NCBI RefSeq assembly: GCF_009914755.1
Contig: NC_060940.1
DNA from: the human T2T-CHM13v2.0 reference genome, Homo sapiens
Strand: one strand, 5' to 3'
Length of the DNA: 64,000 bases
The notes beneath the pieces were generated by a model. The model was not told the origin of the DNA. It worked only from the letters and a program-made list of their open reading frames with translations, and did no database searches. Made by a program: the position numbers and the translations under genes. Of this stretch, positions 18,291 to 33,719 are shown in pieces (the stretch's first letter is position 1; each line of letters opens with the position of its first letter).

Positions 18291-19160
18291 AAAAGACCTG
18301 TGTTTAAAATTTTTAAAAAAGGGGGGAAAGTGTAATGCAAAATGTGGACTATGCCAGCTATGATTGGGAAAACTAGTTTTTCATACAGCATTATCTGTAG
18401 ACTTGTATTAGCAGCATACTGGTCATATGCGTTTTGCTTTCCTCAAATATGATGAGGTAAGCTAATTTAAAGTGTGTTGGGGCTTTCTGCCGCGTGGCTT
18501 CTGGAGGTGTTGAGTCCCAATTTAGCCAATTAATTTGGGTTTAGTTTTGACATGGATAAGGGAGACCAGCTTCATTCATGGTGTACACACAGTTTTGCCA
18601 ATAAGGAAAAAGAAAAGCCACCTGAATGTTCCTACTCATTAAATGCTATCTGGAGAGCTCCTACCCCACCCCCACCAAGGCCCGGGCCATTAAAAAGACT
18701 CAATGCAGCCTTTCTGGATCTCATACTGTATTCTGCAAGATACTCCTGTGAAAGAAAATTGTGCTGCATCAGCCATCTCCCTCCTGAAGATCCCTGCGGA
18801 TGAGGATTTGTGTTTTGAAAGTTCTGAGAATTCCTGCAACAACAATTCTCAAACTTATTTGTCCAGGGGATCTTTTCTTCCACTGAATGTAGTTGGGGAG
18901 ACACGGCCTTAAGCCTTGAGCAGAGAAAGAGACAAAAAACTGTTGGCTCACTTACAACCAAGTGTTGTGTTTATGTTTTAGGTTTTTATGAAACTGAGGT
19001 GCTGTTTGAGGTTCTAAATGAAATTGGGTGGTTGAAGAGAGGCTGGTATCCGTGTAGACTTAACCAGCCATGAGAAGTTGCCTTTTGTTGAAGGAGGTGT
19101 TTTACAAAGGGAAATAGGGTGTTTCCTGGGCATCGCATTAGCAATTAAATACATGTATCA

Positions 19161-21350
19161 GTGAAATGAAATGAAATGATGAGATGATGAAATGAAATGA
19201 TGAAATGATGAAATGAAATGATGAAATGAAGAAATGAAATGAGATGAAATGATGAAATGAAATGGAATGATGAAAAATGATGAAATGATGACATAAAATG
19301 GTGAAATGAAATGAAATAATGAAATGAAATAATGAACTGAAATGAAATGAAATGATAAAATGATGAAATGAAATGAAAAGATGAAATGATGAATTGAGGA
19401 AATGATATGAAATGATGAAATGAAATGATGAAATGAAGTGAAGGAAGAAATGATGAAAAAATGAAATTAAATGATGAACTAATGAAATGATGAGATGAAA
19501 AGGTGAAATGAAATGAAATGATTAAATGAAATGAGATGAAAAGATGAAATGAAATGATGAGATGAAATGAAATGATGTGATGAAATGATGAGATGAAGTG
19601 AAATGATGAAATGAGATGAAATGAAATAAAGCAATGAAGGATGATATGATGAGATGAAGTGAAATGATGAAATGTAATGAAATGATGAAATGTAATGAAA
19701 TGATGAAATGGAATGATGAAATGAAATGATGAGATGAAATTGTGAAATGAAATGAGGAAATGAAATGGAATGATGAAATGATGAAATGAAAAGATCAAAT
19801 GGTGAAATGAAGAAATGACATGAAATGATGAAATGAAATGAAATGATGAAATGAAGTGAAATGATTAAATGATGAAATAATGAAATGAAATGTAATGATG
19901 AAATGATGAATTGATGAAATGATCAAATGAAATGACGAGATGAAAAGATGAAATGAAATGAAATGATGAAATGAGATGAAAAGATGAGATGAAATGATGA
20001 AATCATGAGATGATGAAATGATGAGTTGAAGTGAAATGATGATGAGATGATGAAATGCAACAATGAGAAGAAATGATGAAATGAAATAATGAAAGGATGA
20101 AATGATGAGATGAAATGATGAAAGGATGAAATGAAATGATGAAATGAAATGAAATGATGGAATGAAATGATGAAGTGATATGAAATGATGACATGAAGTC
20201 AAATGATGAAATAAATGAAATGATGAAATGAAATGAGATGAAATGAAATCATGAGATGAAATGATGAAATGAGATGTAGTGAAATGACGAAATGAAATAT
20301 TGAGATGAAGTGATGAAATGAAATGAAACAATGAAATGAAGTGAAATGAAATGAGATGAAATGAAATGATGAAATGAAATGATGAAGTGAAATGATGAAA
20401 TGAAAAGATCAAATGGTGAAATGAAGAAATGATATGAAAAGATGAAATGAAGTGATGAAATGAAGTTAAATGATTAAATGATGAAATAAATGAAATGATG
20501 AAATGATGAATTGATGAAATGATCAAATGAAATGAGATGAAAAGATGAAATGAAATGATGAAATGACGAGATGAAAAGATAAAATGAGATGAAATGATGG
20601 GATGAAATGAAATCGTGAGATGAAGAAATGATGAGATGAAATGATAAAATGATGGAATGACGAAATGCAACAATAAGAAGAAATTATGAAATGAAATAAT
20701 GAAATGAAAGGATGAAATGAGATGAAATGATGAAAGGATGAAATGAAATGAGGAAATGAAATGAAGTGAAATGATGGAATGAAAAGATGAAATGATGAAA
20801 TGATATGAAATGATGACATGAAGTCAAATGATGCAATGATGAAATAAATGAAATGAAATGGTGAAATGAAATGAGATGAAATGATGAGATGAAAAGATGA
20901 AATGATGAGAGGAAATGAAATGAGACGAAATGAGATGAAATCATGAGATGAAATGATGAAATGAGATAAAGTGAAATGACGAAATGAAATGTTGAGATGA
21001 AGTGATGAAATGAAATGATGAAATGAAATGAAACAATGAAATGAAGTGAAATGAAATGAGGTGAAATGATGAATTGATGAAATGAGATGAAAAGATGAAA
21101 TGAAATAATGAAATGATGAGATCAAAAGATGAAATGAGATGAAATGAAATGAGATGAAATGAAATGATGAGATGAAATGAAATGATGAGATGAAATGATG
21201 AAATGATGAGATGAAGTGAAATGATGAAATGAAATGAAAGAATGAAATGAAATGATAAAATGAGATGAAATGATGAAATGAAAGGATGAAATGAGGAAAT
21301 GAAATGAAATGATGAAAAGAAATGAAATAATGAAATGAAATGATGTAATA
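19161..21350 (+). repeat. ~2.2-kb simple satellite of TGAAA and TGA words
   Basis: gaaatgaaatgatgaaatgagat throughout; almost no C on the + strand. Confidence 0.97.
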
Positions 21351-21450
21351 GATGAACCAAAAATACTTATTCACTTTTTTTCTTGGCATCCTTCTTAGAG
21401 TATTTTAGTGAGGTTAATTTCTAAAAATAAATTGCTATTCAATGGCTATA

Positions 21451-21817
21451 CAGTTGGCCTTTGCACCACAGGGGTTTGAACTGTGCACGTCCACTTAGCA
21501 AAACCAACAATTCTTCATCCTTATCCACACCCTGCCCATGAAAAGGATGAGGATGAAGACCTGTTTGATCATCTACTTCCATTTAATAACTAGTAAATCT
21601 ATTTTCCTTATGATTTTCTTTTTTCTTTTCTCTGGCATGTTTGTTAAGAATACAGTATATAAGACATATAACATATTAAATATGTGTTAATTGTGTTATT
21701 TGTAAGGCTTACAGTAGGCTATTAGTAGTTAAGTTTTGGGGGAGTCAAAGTTATAGTGGATTTTCTACTGTGCAGGGGGCAAGCACCCCAACCTCCGTGT
21801 TGCTTAAGGGTCAACTG
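21451..21817 (+). mobile_element. Tigger2a/MER28-like TcMar DNA transposon
   Basis: TA|cagttggcc...gggtcaactg|TA terminal inverted repeats with TA target duplication. Confidence 0.8.
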
Positions 21818-23983
21818 TACATGTTATTTCCTTTCCTGTAAGAGAAAAATGATGAGAAGGTCTTTTCTCCAATAAGTGTCTTCAAAATTTAGCAGATGTG
21901 AAATGTGTTGGCGCCACCATTTTGCGTCTCACTTTGAAAACTTATTATTTAAAATCGTACTAAAGCCTACCTTACTTTTCCAACCTTAGAAAAAATGTTC
22001 CAAAGAAAAGGGGTGAAACCATGCTAGTTTGCCCTGAAATTTGAAATTATCTTTTAAAAATATATTTTGACATTAATTACTTCCAAACTAGAGATCAGTT
22101 GCATACAAATGGCAGGTCACCCTAATCCACCCTATGACTGCACTTAGATTCATGAGGGATTGTGCCATCTAGAAAGGGCAGAGAGGAGGAATAGAGTGCT
22201 CTGCGTCTTGAAATATAAACATGCACATAGCCACATGCTTTGATTCTGTTGTCACTGTGTACTTACTGCTAGGAAGAGGGCATGTTTGTGTATTTTTATG
22301 CAAATTATTATCCAAGTTGTTAATGATTTACGCTTTCAGAACCATATAAAGATTCTTTTCCTTTCAGATATAAACTATCTTGCATTGTTCTTCTGATCAT
22401 ATGAGGGATAAATTTGCCTAAATATTCTTCAGACCATAATAGTATGTCCATATAAATGCCAGTAGCAAGAGTAGAATCAACCACAACTGCCTTAGTAATT
22501 ATTTAAAGCATGTCTGCCTATAAGTAATTGGCATTTTATATAATCAAGAATCTTTGATATAATAATCTCTCAACTATTTGAAACACGGCTCATATGTATT
22601 AATTTTTTAAGCAAATATATATATAATATCAGTGTATATGAAACTAAATTTTGGACTTTAGAACAGCTTCTTAGAATCCTGACTTAAATGTCTACAGTAA
22701 TAGTTGGCTTAAAAAAATTTAGCACACTGTCACTATGATGAAAAAAATTACTATAAAATATTTAAAAATTTTTTCCACCCTAACATTTAGAATATTCTCA
22801 CATTTGTGGTTAAAACCTATTGTGATTGTTCTTAGAAGTTAGATAAAAAATGTTCCAGAAAGATTGAAGAGAAGCACTTTAGTCAATTTTTAGTTGTTGA
22901 AGCATGAAGAAATGGCATTTCATTGACATTTTAAAAATTATTCAGATTCCCTCTTTGAATTCAAGAGTTTCAAAGATATCTTATTTTAAAATACCAAAAT
23001 AGGAATAGAATATGAAGGGCTGGTTATGAGTAATATGATACAATTTTATGAGATGACGAGATTACAATAACAATACCTCCTCTCATAGAATAGCCAGCAA
23101 GTCTCCACTAAATAACAGTGCCTTGATTTTATAGATGTTTAATCATGGATATTGAATTAATGTGAACCATTTGTAGACACAGGAGTTTATTAAAGACTTA
23201 TATAATATCTTTCAAGTATTTAGAATAGTGTTGAAATTAAGCCTGCATCCCCACGATTTTCAGCGGTGCTGATGCCTAATAAACTCAACCCCTTGCATGC
23301 CAAAATTGGCTTAAAGCCCATCTGTTACCCAAGCTACACTTCAAGCATCAAGGTTCAAAAATGTGATTTTGAATATGCAAGAGTTTGAGGAATTCACTAC
23401 TCACACTTTCTTGAACAGTCTATCCAAGTGCATCAAGCAAAATGTGAGTAAAGAAATTTTGACCAAAGGATTGATAGTAATGTTGAATACATTTAATAGT
23501 AGATCTAAGATTAAAAGGTGAAAGTGAAGGTGAGAAGAGTGTATGAATGCTTTGTGTTCTGACAAAGAGAATGTAGCACCCAGGTCCTACCTGCTTGGAT
23601 GCATTGCCAGTGCCCACGGTAGGCCATTTTATCCAGGTTTTTAGGTTTTGTCTTGTTTTGTTTGGTTTTTTCCTTTTAAGGAGTGTTAGTCCAAGACCAA
23701 TAACTCTGTAACTGGTAGATTTGGAAGACTTTAATAGTGCTTAACATTTTGTACATAGCTTTATAACAGTTTTCTTTTTCTTTTTTTCTGAGAGATTCTT
23801 TTCAATATACCCCTTCATGGTTGAACTCAAAAATCATTGCTTATTTAAAAACTACAACTGCTGACGTTTTGTAACGTTCGCATTCCAGGTAATTGCTTTT
23901 TTGTGCATTTTCTGTATTTTTCTCCATCAGTCTCCCTAGATATTTGTTAGATTTAATATTTTAATATTTTTCTGAAGAAGTGA

Positions 23984-24357
<374 letters not shown>

Positions 24358-25547
24358 CTATCTCCTTCATTCTTTATGTTTATTTTACTGGTTTTATCTC
24401 TCTCTCTCTCTCTGTTTCTCTCCTTCTCACATTCACTTTGCAGTTGTCAAATAGCCCAGGTGATGTTACAGATTTACTCCTTATAAAAGGAGGCATTACA
24501 CATTACACATGCATCTTAGTGGCCTTACAAAAGTGTTTGGTTTATTTGTATTGACTATTCACCTTTAAAATATTTCAATATTCATTAAAATAGCTTCCAA
24601 CCAATATTATTACACTTATGTTTCTAACTTTCATTTTTGTATTGATATCTGCCTTCATTTCTGTTTGTTTAGGAAATATATTCTGTGTCACGTTATTTCC
24701 GTGAAAATTGTTTGAATTTGTGGTATGGTCTAGAAAATGTTAATTTTTGTATGTATTCTGTATGAACATGAAAATAACATGAATTATAATATTCATGTTC
24801 CTTATATAATATTTGCCCTTTTTAAAATCCACTAGCTTCTTTTGAAACTTACTCTTTAATTTTTTCTTTTATCTATTGCTGAAAGACGTGTGTTTGAAAT
24901 GTCTATAATATTTGGGGGCTTATCCATTTCTACTTACTTTCTGATATTTTTGCTTTATATAATTTGACTCTCTCTCTAAATACGTGTGTGTCTGTGTGTG
25001 TGAGAGTGTGTGGTTTGTGTGTCTATATATATGTATGTATCAGGCTAATGCACATTTAAGTCATCACATCTTCTTAATAACTTAAAACTTTTATCACACT
25101 GGTTAGACTAACTTATTTTAATAAATGTTTCTAACTTACATTCTATTTTGTCTACATAGCAACTTTTTAAAAAATTATATTCATGTAGTATGTTTGTATG
25201 TATATCATATATACACAGTATCTGTATTGTTTGAACTTCAAAGTTTCTGTAAATTTATATATTAGTTGTGTCTCTTATAACTATGATAGAGACGGATGTT
25301 TTAAATTTTGCCAATCTTTGTATTTTAACAAAAACATTGTCTACTTAGGTTTAAGTTAATCTTTGATCATTTATACTTAATTTTGTATTATTAATTTGTT
25401 GTGTATATATATATATATATAATGTCTCATTTTCTCCTATCACTTTCTGTCTTCTTGTTTTAAAATTATGACTTTTATTTTTATTGTTTTCATAGATACA
25501 ACAGAGAAATGCATAATGTCCAGTCAATTTATTAAAGTTCCAAAGTC

Positions 25548-25866
<319 letters not shown>

Positions 25867-28800
25867 GCAAAGTCATACCTTTCTGCTCTTGTCAGACAAT
25901 TAAGGGGTCTTTGAATACTTCAGCTCTAATAATTTCCTTCCTAACATACATATTGCAGTGCTTATCTAATTTTAAATATCCTTTTGTTTCAACACCTAAT
26001 TTTCTATTTTGATCTATCTGTATGTTTACAATATATTTTGCTCTGTGTTCATTCTTTGATTTCAGAACTTCAATCTTTCTGAAGCGTGTTTTCAGTTTCG
26101 TTTGAGTTTCTTTAGTGGAATTCTGCTGGTGGTGTTTTGTTTTTTGTCTCTAAATATGTTATTTAGCCATAGGTTGATGAATGTTTTTCTTGGTTGAGAA
26201 TTTCAGAATGGCATTATTATTCTTAACAAATAATATTGTTTATTTTACCTTTCATGCTTTCAGATTTCAATATGATTAAAGGTAATTTGATTTTTCTAGT
26301 GCTAATTGAAATATTTTTCCCTTCCTGATTGTTTACTATTTCTCTAGGAGATATGTAGATGTAGGTTTATCTCCATCGTAGCTTGCTTAGCATGCATAGA
26401 AGTTTTGAATATGTGGATTAGTGTCTTACAAAAGTCTAGAGAACTTTCAGCCAAAATACCATCACATATTGTCCCTTCCCTGTTCCCTTCCTCTATGAGA
26501 ACACTCACTAAACACATGCTACACTTTCTCACTGTATCTTCCATGTCTCTTCATGATTCTGTCCACATTGTGCCTTTTTTAAAATTTTCTGTAATGCATT
26601 CTGAAATATTTATGAACTCTCACCATGGCCATGTCTAATCTGATGAGTTCATTTTTGAGTTTTTAATTTAAAATACTATATATAAACTACTTTTCAAATT
26701 TACTACATCAATTTTTTAGTCTCCTAAAAATATATTCATTTTTTTTTAATTTTTTGAAAGCAAATGTGCTTTATAATCTAACAGTGATATTTCTACTAAT
26801 GAACCTTTGTGGATCTGTTTGTACTCTTTTTCTGCTTTCCTTTCAAATGGTGGAATATCATTTCCTTGCGTACTTAGATGCCTTTGAATGACAAAGATTT
26901 ATTTTTCTCTGAAAATTATTATTGTGCACTTTTGCATATTAGAAGAAAATTTGCCAAAGAGAATTTGAATTTTTTGTGAGTCTACTAAAGGCACCACCAT
27001 TCTGGGACCACATTATATTAATTCTTGGCCTAAAGGTGTTTGGACGTATGTTTGGACAGCACATTTAAACAATTTTTAAATTAATTGCTGTAAATCATTA
27101 ATGATTGAGTTGCTTTAAATCTGTCCAATCTCAAGTCATTTTTATTTGCCATTTCCAGGGAATGTGAAATGAGACTAATTTACCTCTGATTCTTCTTTAG
27201 ACTGAGGATATAAATTTTGGTTCTAGCTTTAGGGAAGAGCTCCTGTGTGATGCCCTATCTTGGGAAACACTATGTATTTCTTTACTGTCCTATGTGATGT
27301 ATGACAGTAGGAATCTGCAGTCATTCATTTTGCTACATGTCCGTAGGGCAAAATCAGTTTCAGTGTTTAGGTGTATTTTGTCTGCTCCCTGCATTCCCAT
27401 GGTTTTGACCTTATATTTTACTTTTTTTTTGTGAACGTACCAATGCTTCAATTTTTTTCCAGTAATATAATCAACTATACTATAAGAGAAAAATTTTGAT
27501 AAAACACAAATTTCATGTTTTCCTACTCTAATTGGCTTTTACGTAAAAATACAGGTAAAATTTATTTGTGCTTTTTTGCTATTATTTTTTGCTATTCTCT
27601 GTTTGTCTATGTCTTCACCACATAGACACAATTAGGGAATTTTGTACACTCTTGTGCCAACTGCTTTGATAGGAACAAAATGTATTTCTCGAACTCCTAG
27701 GTATAAAACTCAAGTATCCATGATTGAAATTCTTTTTTGCTCACTTCTATTATGTTTCCAGTCTCAATAGAAATCGATGCCAATCCAGAAATACAAGCAT
27801 TATTCTAATACTTCTCACACATTACTGGTATAGATTAAATTTTCTAGATCTCCTTAAATACTATCATTTTTCACTATTTGTATATTCACTGTTAAGTTCA
27901 ACATTTTCTGTAATATTAATATATTGTGAAAATTTCCTTTCTTCCTTATTTGTCCCAGGTTCAATGTTTTGCAGTCTCTACCTCACCCTGTGAAGCATAA
28001 ACATTGTACATGCTGTACAAATAATACATCGTTCATGTACTTAGAGATTGCACAATTTTCATTTGGTTGACAATAGCTAATGTTTTCTTCTTCATTTTCT
28101 ATTTCCTGATTTTTCTTTATTTAGTATATACTACATTGTCATGAAAATAAGAACGTTTTACAAACTAAAGCAAAAGCAACCCTAGGAATAAAATGCACAA
28201 ATAAAATATATAAACATACATTTAGATGTACCACGTACCCTTGTAATTTATTTAGACTTTTAATTTTAGTACAATTTTAATTAAAGTCTGTGTATTATCT
28301 GTCATCGTCTTAGTATTTTTTATATAACAAATAGTGTAAATCAAAAAGTCTCAATGTCATTATAAAGTATCTTGGCAGAGGTTGATCTCCAAGGAATAAT
28401 TTCTCTCCTAAATTATGCCAATCCAAATTTCACTCTACCGTAATACTTTTAATCAGTTTCAGAGGAATAATAAATTTCAAAATTGTTCAAGGTACTTCTT
28501 TTAGTTCAAGTACCTTTTGACAGGTGTAAAACTGTAGACAGACTGATACATACATATTCTAATTGACTCAAAATTATATGGGACCTATTTTAAAATCTAG
28601 ATTTTAAAATGTGTCAACATACACATGTTCTCCTTGTGAAATAATTGCTTTATATTCTCTGGATAGAATAATTTAATCTTTAAACCTTCCATTCACTCTT
28701 AGAAACAAAATACTACATAAGGATATGCTTATAAAAATAATTCCCAACTAGCTTTTCAGTTCAGAAATATATGTGAAGAATCATCAAACATCTAATGGAT

Positions 28801-31341
28801 TTCAAGGAGAAATGGGTTAGTAATTTATTCCATATGTCTCAAATTTTCCTAGACTCAAGGCTTCCTTTAAAATAATTGTAGGCGTTTAAGAAACCATGTA
28901 AACTAAAAAGAAGAAATTGTGACGCTGCCGCTTAGTCTTTTTAAGTCTTTGGACATGATTCAATATATTTTTTAAATTGTATCTTAATTAGACATTGTGA
29001 GTTCACCATCTTCCTGTCAATATAGCATCCAAGCTGATTATCATAGATTACAAGTCCAACTATCAACTGTGTTCTGAGAGTCTAAAAAAATAAATGAACG
29101 TATTTGTTTGGGTATTCTTAAAGCAGGAGTGAGGACACAGCGAAAGTGAGACAAGGAAAAGAGAACAAAATAAAACAGGAAAGATAGAAAAGCCAATACC
29201 ACACGTGTTAAGAGGTAAGTTCCTGTGTTAGATATCTGGGCTTAATTTTATGGGAAGCTATGTGGAGCATGCCTCAGAATTACATCACTGAATCCAGGGA
29301 GATTCTTCTTAGCTACCCTCACCTTTTCTTCCCACTTCATGCCCAGTAACAAGCTCCCGTGCTGCTAGAGAAAGTCCTCAGCTAGAAACTGGTGCAAATT
29401 CTGGAGATGAGACCTTGTAGAGTGTTAAGAATGGTTTTCTTCCCAGCAGCTACAGGTAAGGAATAGGGGCTGGGCTATTAATACATCTGCTACAAACCAA
29501 TAAAGCCCTTATGCTCCTTTTGGTGATCGACAATGTATTTAAAAATATTAGATGATCAAGAAGGACTGCAGAAAGGAGGAAACAGAAACAAACAGCACAC
29601 CTCTTGGTTTATTTGTATTCATTTCATCAGTTTCAAGGAAAATATGTTGGGAGTTCCTCGCATAGAGAATGTCACAAAGACATGTTTTCAATAGTAGTGC
29701 TATCCCTAGGGCAGAGAAGACCCAGAGAAAGCCCAAGTGGCTGCTGGAACACAGTCAGACACCGTGCCACCTGTCCACACTCCTTGGCTCTGCCATCATG
29801 CTGAAGATCGCTTTAAAGGACTGGCTTCCCTCCCCCCAAAATGAATAGAGCACAGACTGAGAAACTGAATGTGGGAGACAGCAGTGGATTATGCTGTTCT
29901 CAGGGGTCACCTCAGGTTTGGAAGCATTCTTTCAAATTAACCCATCTCAGGCCATCTGCAGAGAAGAAAGGTGGTACCTAACTTTTTTCTTGTCAGCATT
30001 TGGTAGGGGTGTTTTATTGACCAAATATGTTCCCACAACCTAGTTTTTTGTGAGTAACTAAATATAGTAGAGTTTTAAATTTTATCATCAAAATCTATAG
30101 ACAATTTTTGATGAAAATAGACTCCATCTCTATGTCCTGCTTTTCTTCTTCTTATTAATTACATTGCTGTATAAAAGAACAAGACTTCAGAATCAAGAAT
30201 ATCTTGTCTCTTGGCATTGAATTTATACAAGGTGCTCTTTCTTTAATGCTGTCTCAAAGGACATATTTTTACTCATTAAAAAGGAAGATCGGAATCTAGT
30301 TGTATGCGCTGCTCCAACATATTAATAATTAAAATTAGGAGGTAAATGTGGTCAAAACTATAGAAAGACTGAGATGTCATTTATATTGATTGCTGTATAG
30401 CATTCTACAAACAGAAATTGTTAAATAAGTTTATATAAATATTTTGTAGCATTTCAAATATTTGAGTGCTTGACGTTTCTCCTCTTCTATAGTTCAGATT
30501 ATCAATTTGAAGACTTACTCCGCTAGTTAAAATGTTTTTAGTCTCGTTCGAGTATTATATAAAAGCAATTTTCAGTTAAATGTGTTCCGCTTACATACAA
30601 CATTACAAATTATTGAGGATTTAATTACTTATTCATGTTCCTGTAATATCTTTAGAAGATTTTCTTATTATTACCTATCAATATATGTATGCTTTGTCAA
30701 AGAAAAATCAAACATATATATCATTGAAATTGAAACTTTTTAAAAGTACTTATTAATTCTATTGAAAAACCACATCCATAGGAACAATTACAATATAATA
30801 TTGTGAACATGTAAACATATACCCTATGTCTATTTTATGTATAAGCATGTATGATTAAAAATATAGTGAAGAATTTTTAAACCTAGTATTATAAAGTAAA
30901 AATTAGTTAACTTCTGATGATTATTTGTTAATTAAGATAAAATTATTTTGATTTGGGTGATTTTAAATAAAGAAAAATATTAAATTACATGACAAAAATT
31001 CTTTATAAAATGTTTATGATTTTTACATTGGTTTTATCACTTTTTCCACTATTTTATTTTAAGATGACCTGCCTTGTTTAAAACACTGTATTCATCTTAA
31101 TTAAATTAGATTCCATTTGTAAAATAATTAACAAATGATTTGCTCTATTTTACAGTGCGGTTATAAACTGAGTCAGTATCTCAAGATTTGATCCCCATTA
31201 TCATCATCTGTGGCCCTATTTGTTTTATAAATGTATTGTCTTTTTCCATGCCTGTCACATCTCTATTGCTTTTTCATTTTTCTCTTTGTCCCTTATAGGG
31301 AGCATTGCCTATCTCTAGATTAAGCAAAGGTTGCATCATAA

Positions 31342-31789
31342 AAAAGCACAATAACCTGCTCAATCTTTCTCACACAGAGAAATGTTTGTTAAGTAATTAA
31401 AGTGTAGATGATGATACAAAGACCTTGATTAAATTAGATAACAAAGTACCCTTGTGATTCAGAATATGAATGGTATTTAATTTCTTTGAAATCATTAATT
31501 GCTGAGTGACATTAATTAATGCCAATTTTCCAGAAGATGTTCTAGTTAATGAAATGTATACAACGAAAAGCACAATAACCTGCTCAATCTTTCTCACACA
31601 GAGAAATGTTTGTTAAGTAATTAAACTGTAGATGATGATACAAAGAGCTTGATTAAATAAGATGCCAAAGTACCCTTGTGATTCAGAATATGAATGGTAT
31701 TTAATTTCTTTGAAATCATTAATTGCTGAGTGACATTAATTAATGCCAATATTCCAGAAGATGTTCTAGTGAGTGAAATGTATACAACG
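31342..31789 (+). repeat. Tandem duplication, 2 x 224 bp
   Basis: aaaagcacaataacctgctcaatc...tatacaacg at 31342-31565 and 31566-31789; about 8 mismatches. Confidence 0.96.
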
Positions 31790-32461
31790 TGCAAAAGATT
31801 CAGAACTCTGAAGGGCAACATTATTCTATAATTAAGAATTAAGAATTAATTCACATCAGTTATTGGGGAGAAATAATTTTTAAGAATTAATGACTGAGAA
31901 AATGTTATTTTTTACTTAGAAAATTATTTTGTGCATGAGCATTACCGCAAGTTTTGCAAGAAACATAAATTTAAAGAAACAATTATGTGCACAAGATGAA
32001 TTTAATAACATCTTGATATATTCCATGATTGCGGTTTTATTTGGTAAATCTTTAAATGCACACCATTTAATGATAATAAATGAATCTTGGAAATCTTGTA
32101 GGTAAGGGTAAATATTAGGATGCATCCAGTTACATTTACACACACATACATGCATACAGACTGATTCACGTGTGTATATATATATATGAATTTACCAATT
32201 GATGTTAACTAATATTTATAAGAGCCAGTTGGATTGATATATATTGTTGAACCTGAAAAATATTTATTATATACATGTTTAAAATACACACAGAAATAAA
32301 TAGCAATTGCACTAGGTATTTGAAACTGTACTAAAATATAAGCTGTGAACATTTTGTGATCATTACAAATTCTTACACTGAATAAATATGTTTATTTTTA
32401 CAATATTAATATGTTTGATACCTGTGTACATTTTTTACAATGTGTTATTTTATTTTTGTCA

Positions 32462-32806
32462 TAGAGTCATGTCATGCATAATAACATTTTAGTCAAAGAT
32501 GGATTACATATACAAAAGTGGTCCCATGAGATTATAATATATATTTTTACATACTTTTCTACGTTTAAGTATGTTTAGATACATAACCTCTTACCACTGT
32601 GCTCTTATTGCCTGCAGTATTCAGTAGAGTAATGTAGTACACAGATTTGTAGCCTAGGAGAAAGAGGCTATACCATATAACCTAAACGTGGTAGGCTGTA
32701 CAATCTAGGTGTTTGTAATATTCTCTGTGATGTTTGCAAAATGATGAAATTGCCTATGAATACATCTGTTAAAACGTATCCCTATCATTCAGTGATGTGT
32801 GACTGT
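32462..32806 (+). mobile_element. Tigger3/MER7-like DNA transposon
   Basis: agtcatg...gtggtcccatgagattataat...gtgactgTA. Confidence 0.7.
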
Positions 32807-33329
32807 ACTAAAATGCTCAATGTAAGTTTCAATGCCCTCCATAAAATTGTTGTACTGTGAAATACAAATCTCTCACCCATGGCCTGAATATGTTTGCAAA
32901 CTAAGCAGATCATGGGAAGGAGAATGTGCTGGCATCGCTGGGATGATTTTCTCACACTACATGAATAATATCTACAGACTTCGTGAATATGAGCCACTTG
33001 CATAGAGTTAAAGTAGACGTCTCTTTGCTGGGAAATTTATCAAATGGGAGTATGAAGTGTTTTTACAAGATACTTGTTTGTTTGTAGCTGGTAGGCCTAC
33101 AGTGGCTCATGGCAATGGTTGAGGTTGCTAAGATTTGGTGGAAGAAGGCAAAATGAGATGGCCACTTATATGGTATATGGATCACTTGTTTCTGTTGAGT
33201 TACAAACTCAGCTGGCTATTTCTCCAATGTTAGTTATTTGGAGAAAAAAAAACGTGATGGTAATTTTGGGGTAACAAATACAATATTTGATGAAAGCAAA
33301 TTTATTGAGGGTTAGACAAACTACAAGAT

Positions 33330-33700
33330 ACTTTAGGCTGCAAAGTCAACACGAGACTTCTGGCCCAAATTGTGAAGAGTTTGCGTCCAGCTGCACAGTT
33401 CAAAGGAAGAGGCCATGTAAGAAGATTCTCACTTCTGACACCAACTGCCAGTTCAGGGGTTTCCCCTGAACACCCTCAGTTTCAAGAGTTTACTAGAAAG
33501 ACTCACAGAACTCATTGAATGCCACTGTACTCATGGTTTATAATAGAGAAAGGGTAGAAATTAGGACCAATAGAAGAGACATATCATATAAGGTGGAATC
33601 TAGGAGATTTTGAATGTTAAGTTTCCATTGTCTTCAGGACATATTACCTGTCACTGTTGTACAGCAACAAACATGGAGTACTACCAACCTGGGGAGCTCA
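33330..33700. mobile_element. MER21-like LTR fragment
   Basis: cttctgacaccaactgc...tactagaaagactcacagaactca. Confidence 0.5.
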
Positions 33701-33719
33701 CCTGATGCTAACAAGACAC

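Noticed and set aside
19145-21389. Phe/His/Ile/Ser-rich ORFs on the minus strand; identification as HSat2/HSat3
   Set aside because: The ORFs are translations of (TTTCA/TCA)n. The array lacks a dominant GGAAT/CATTC pentamer.
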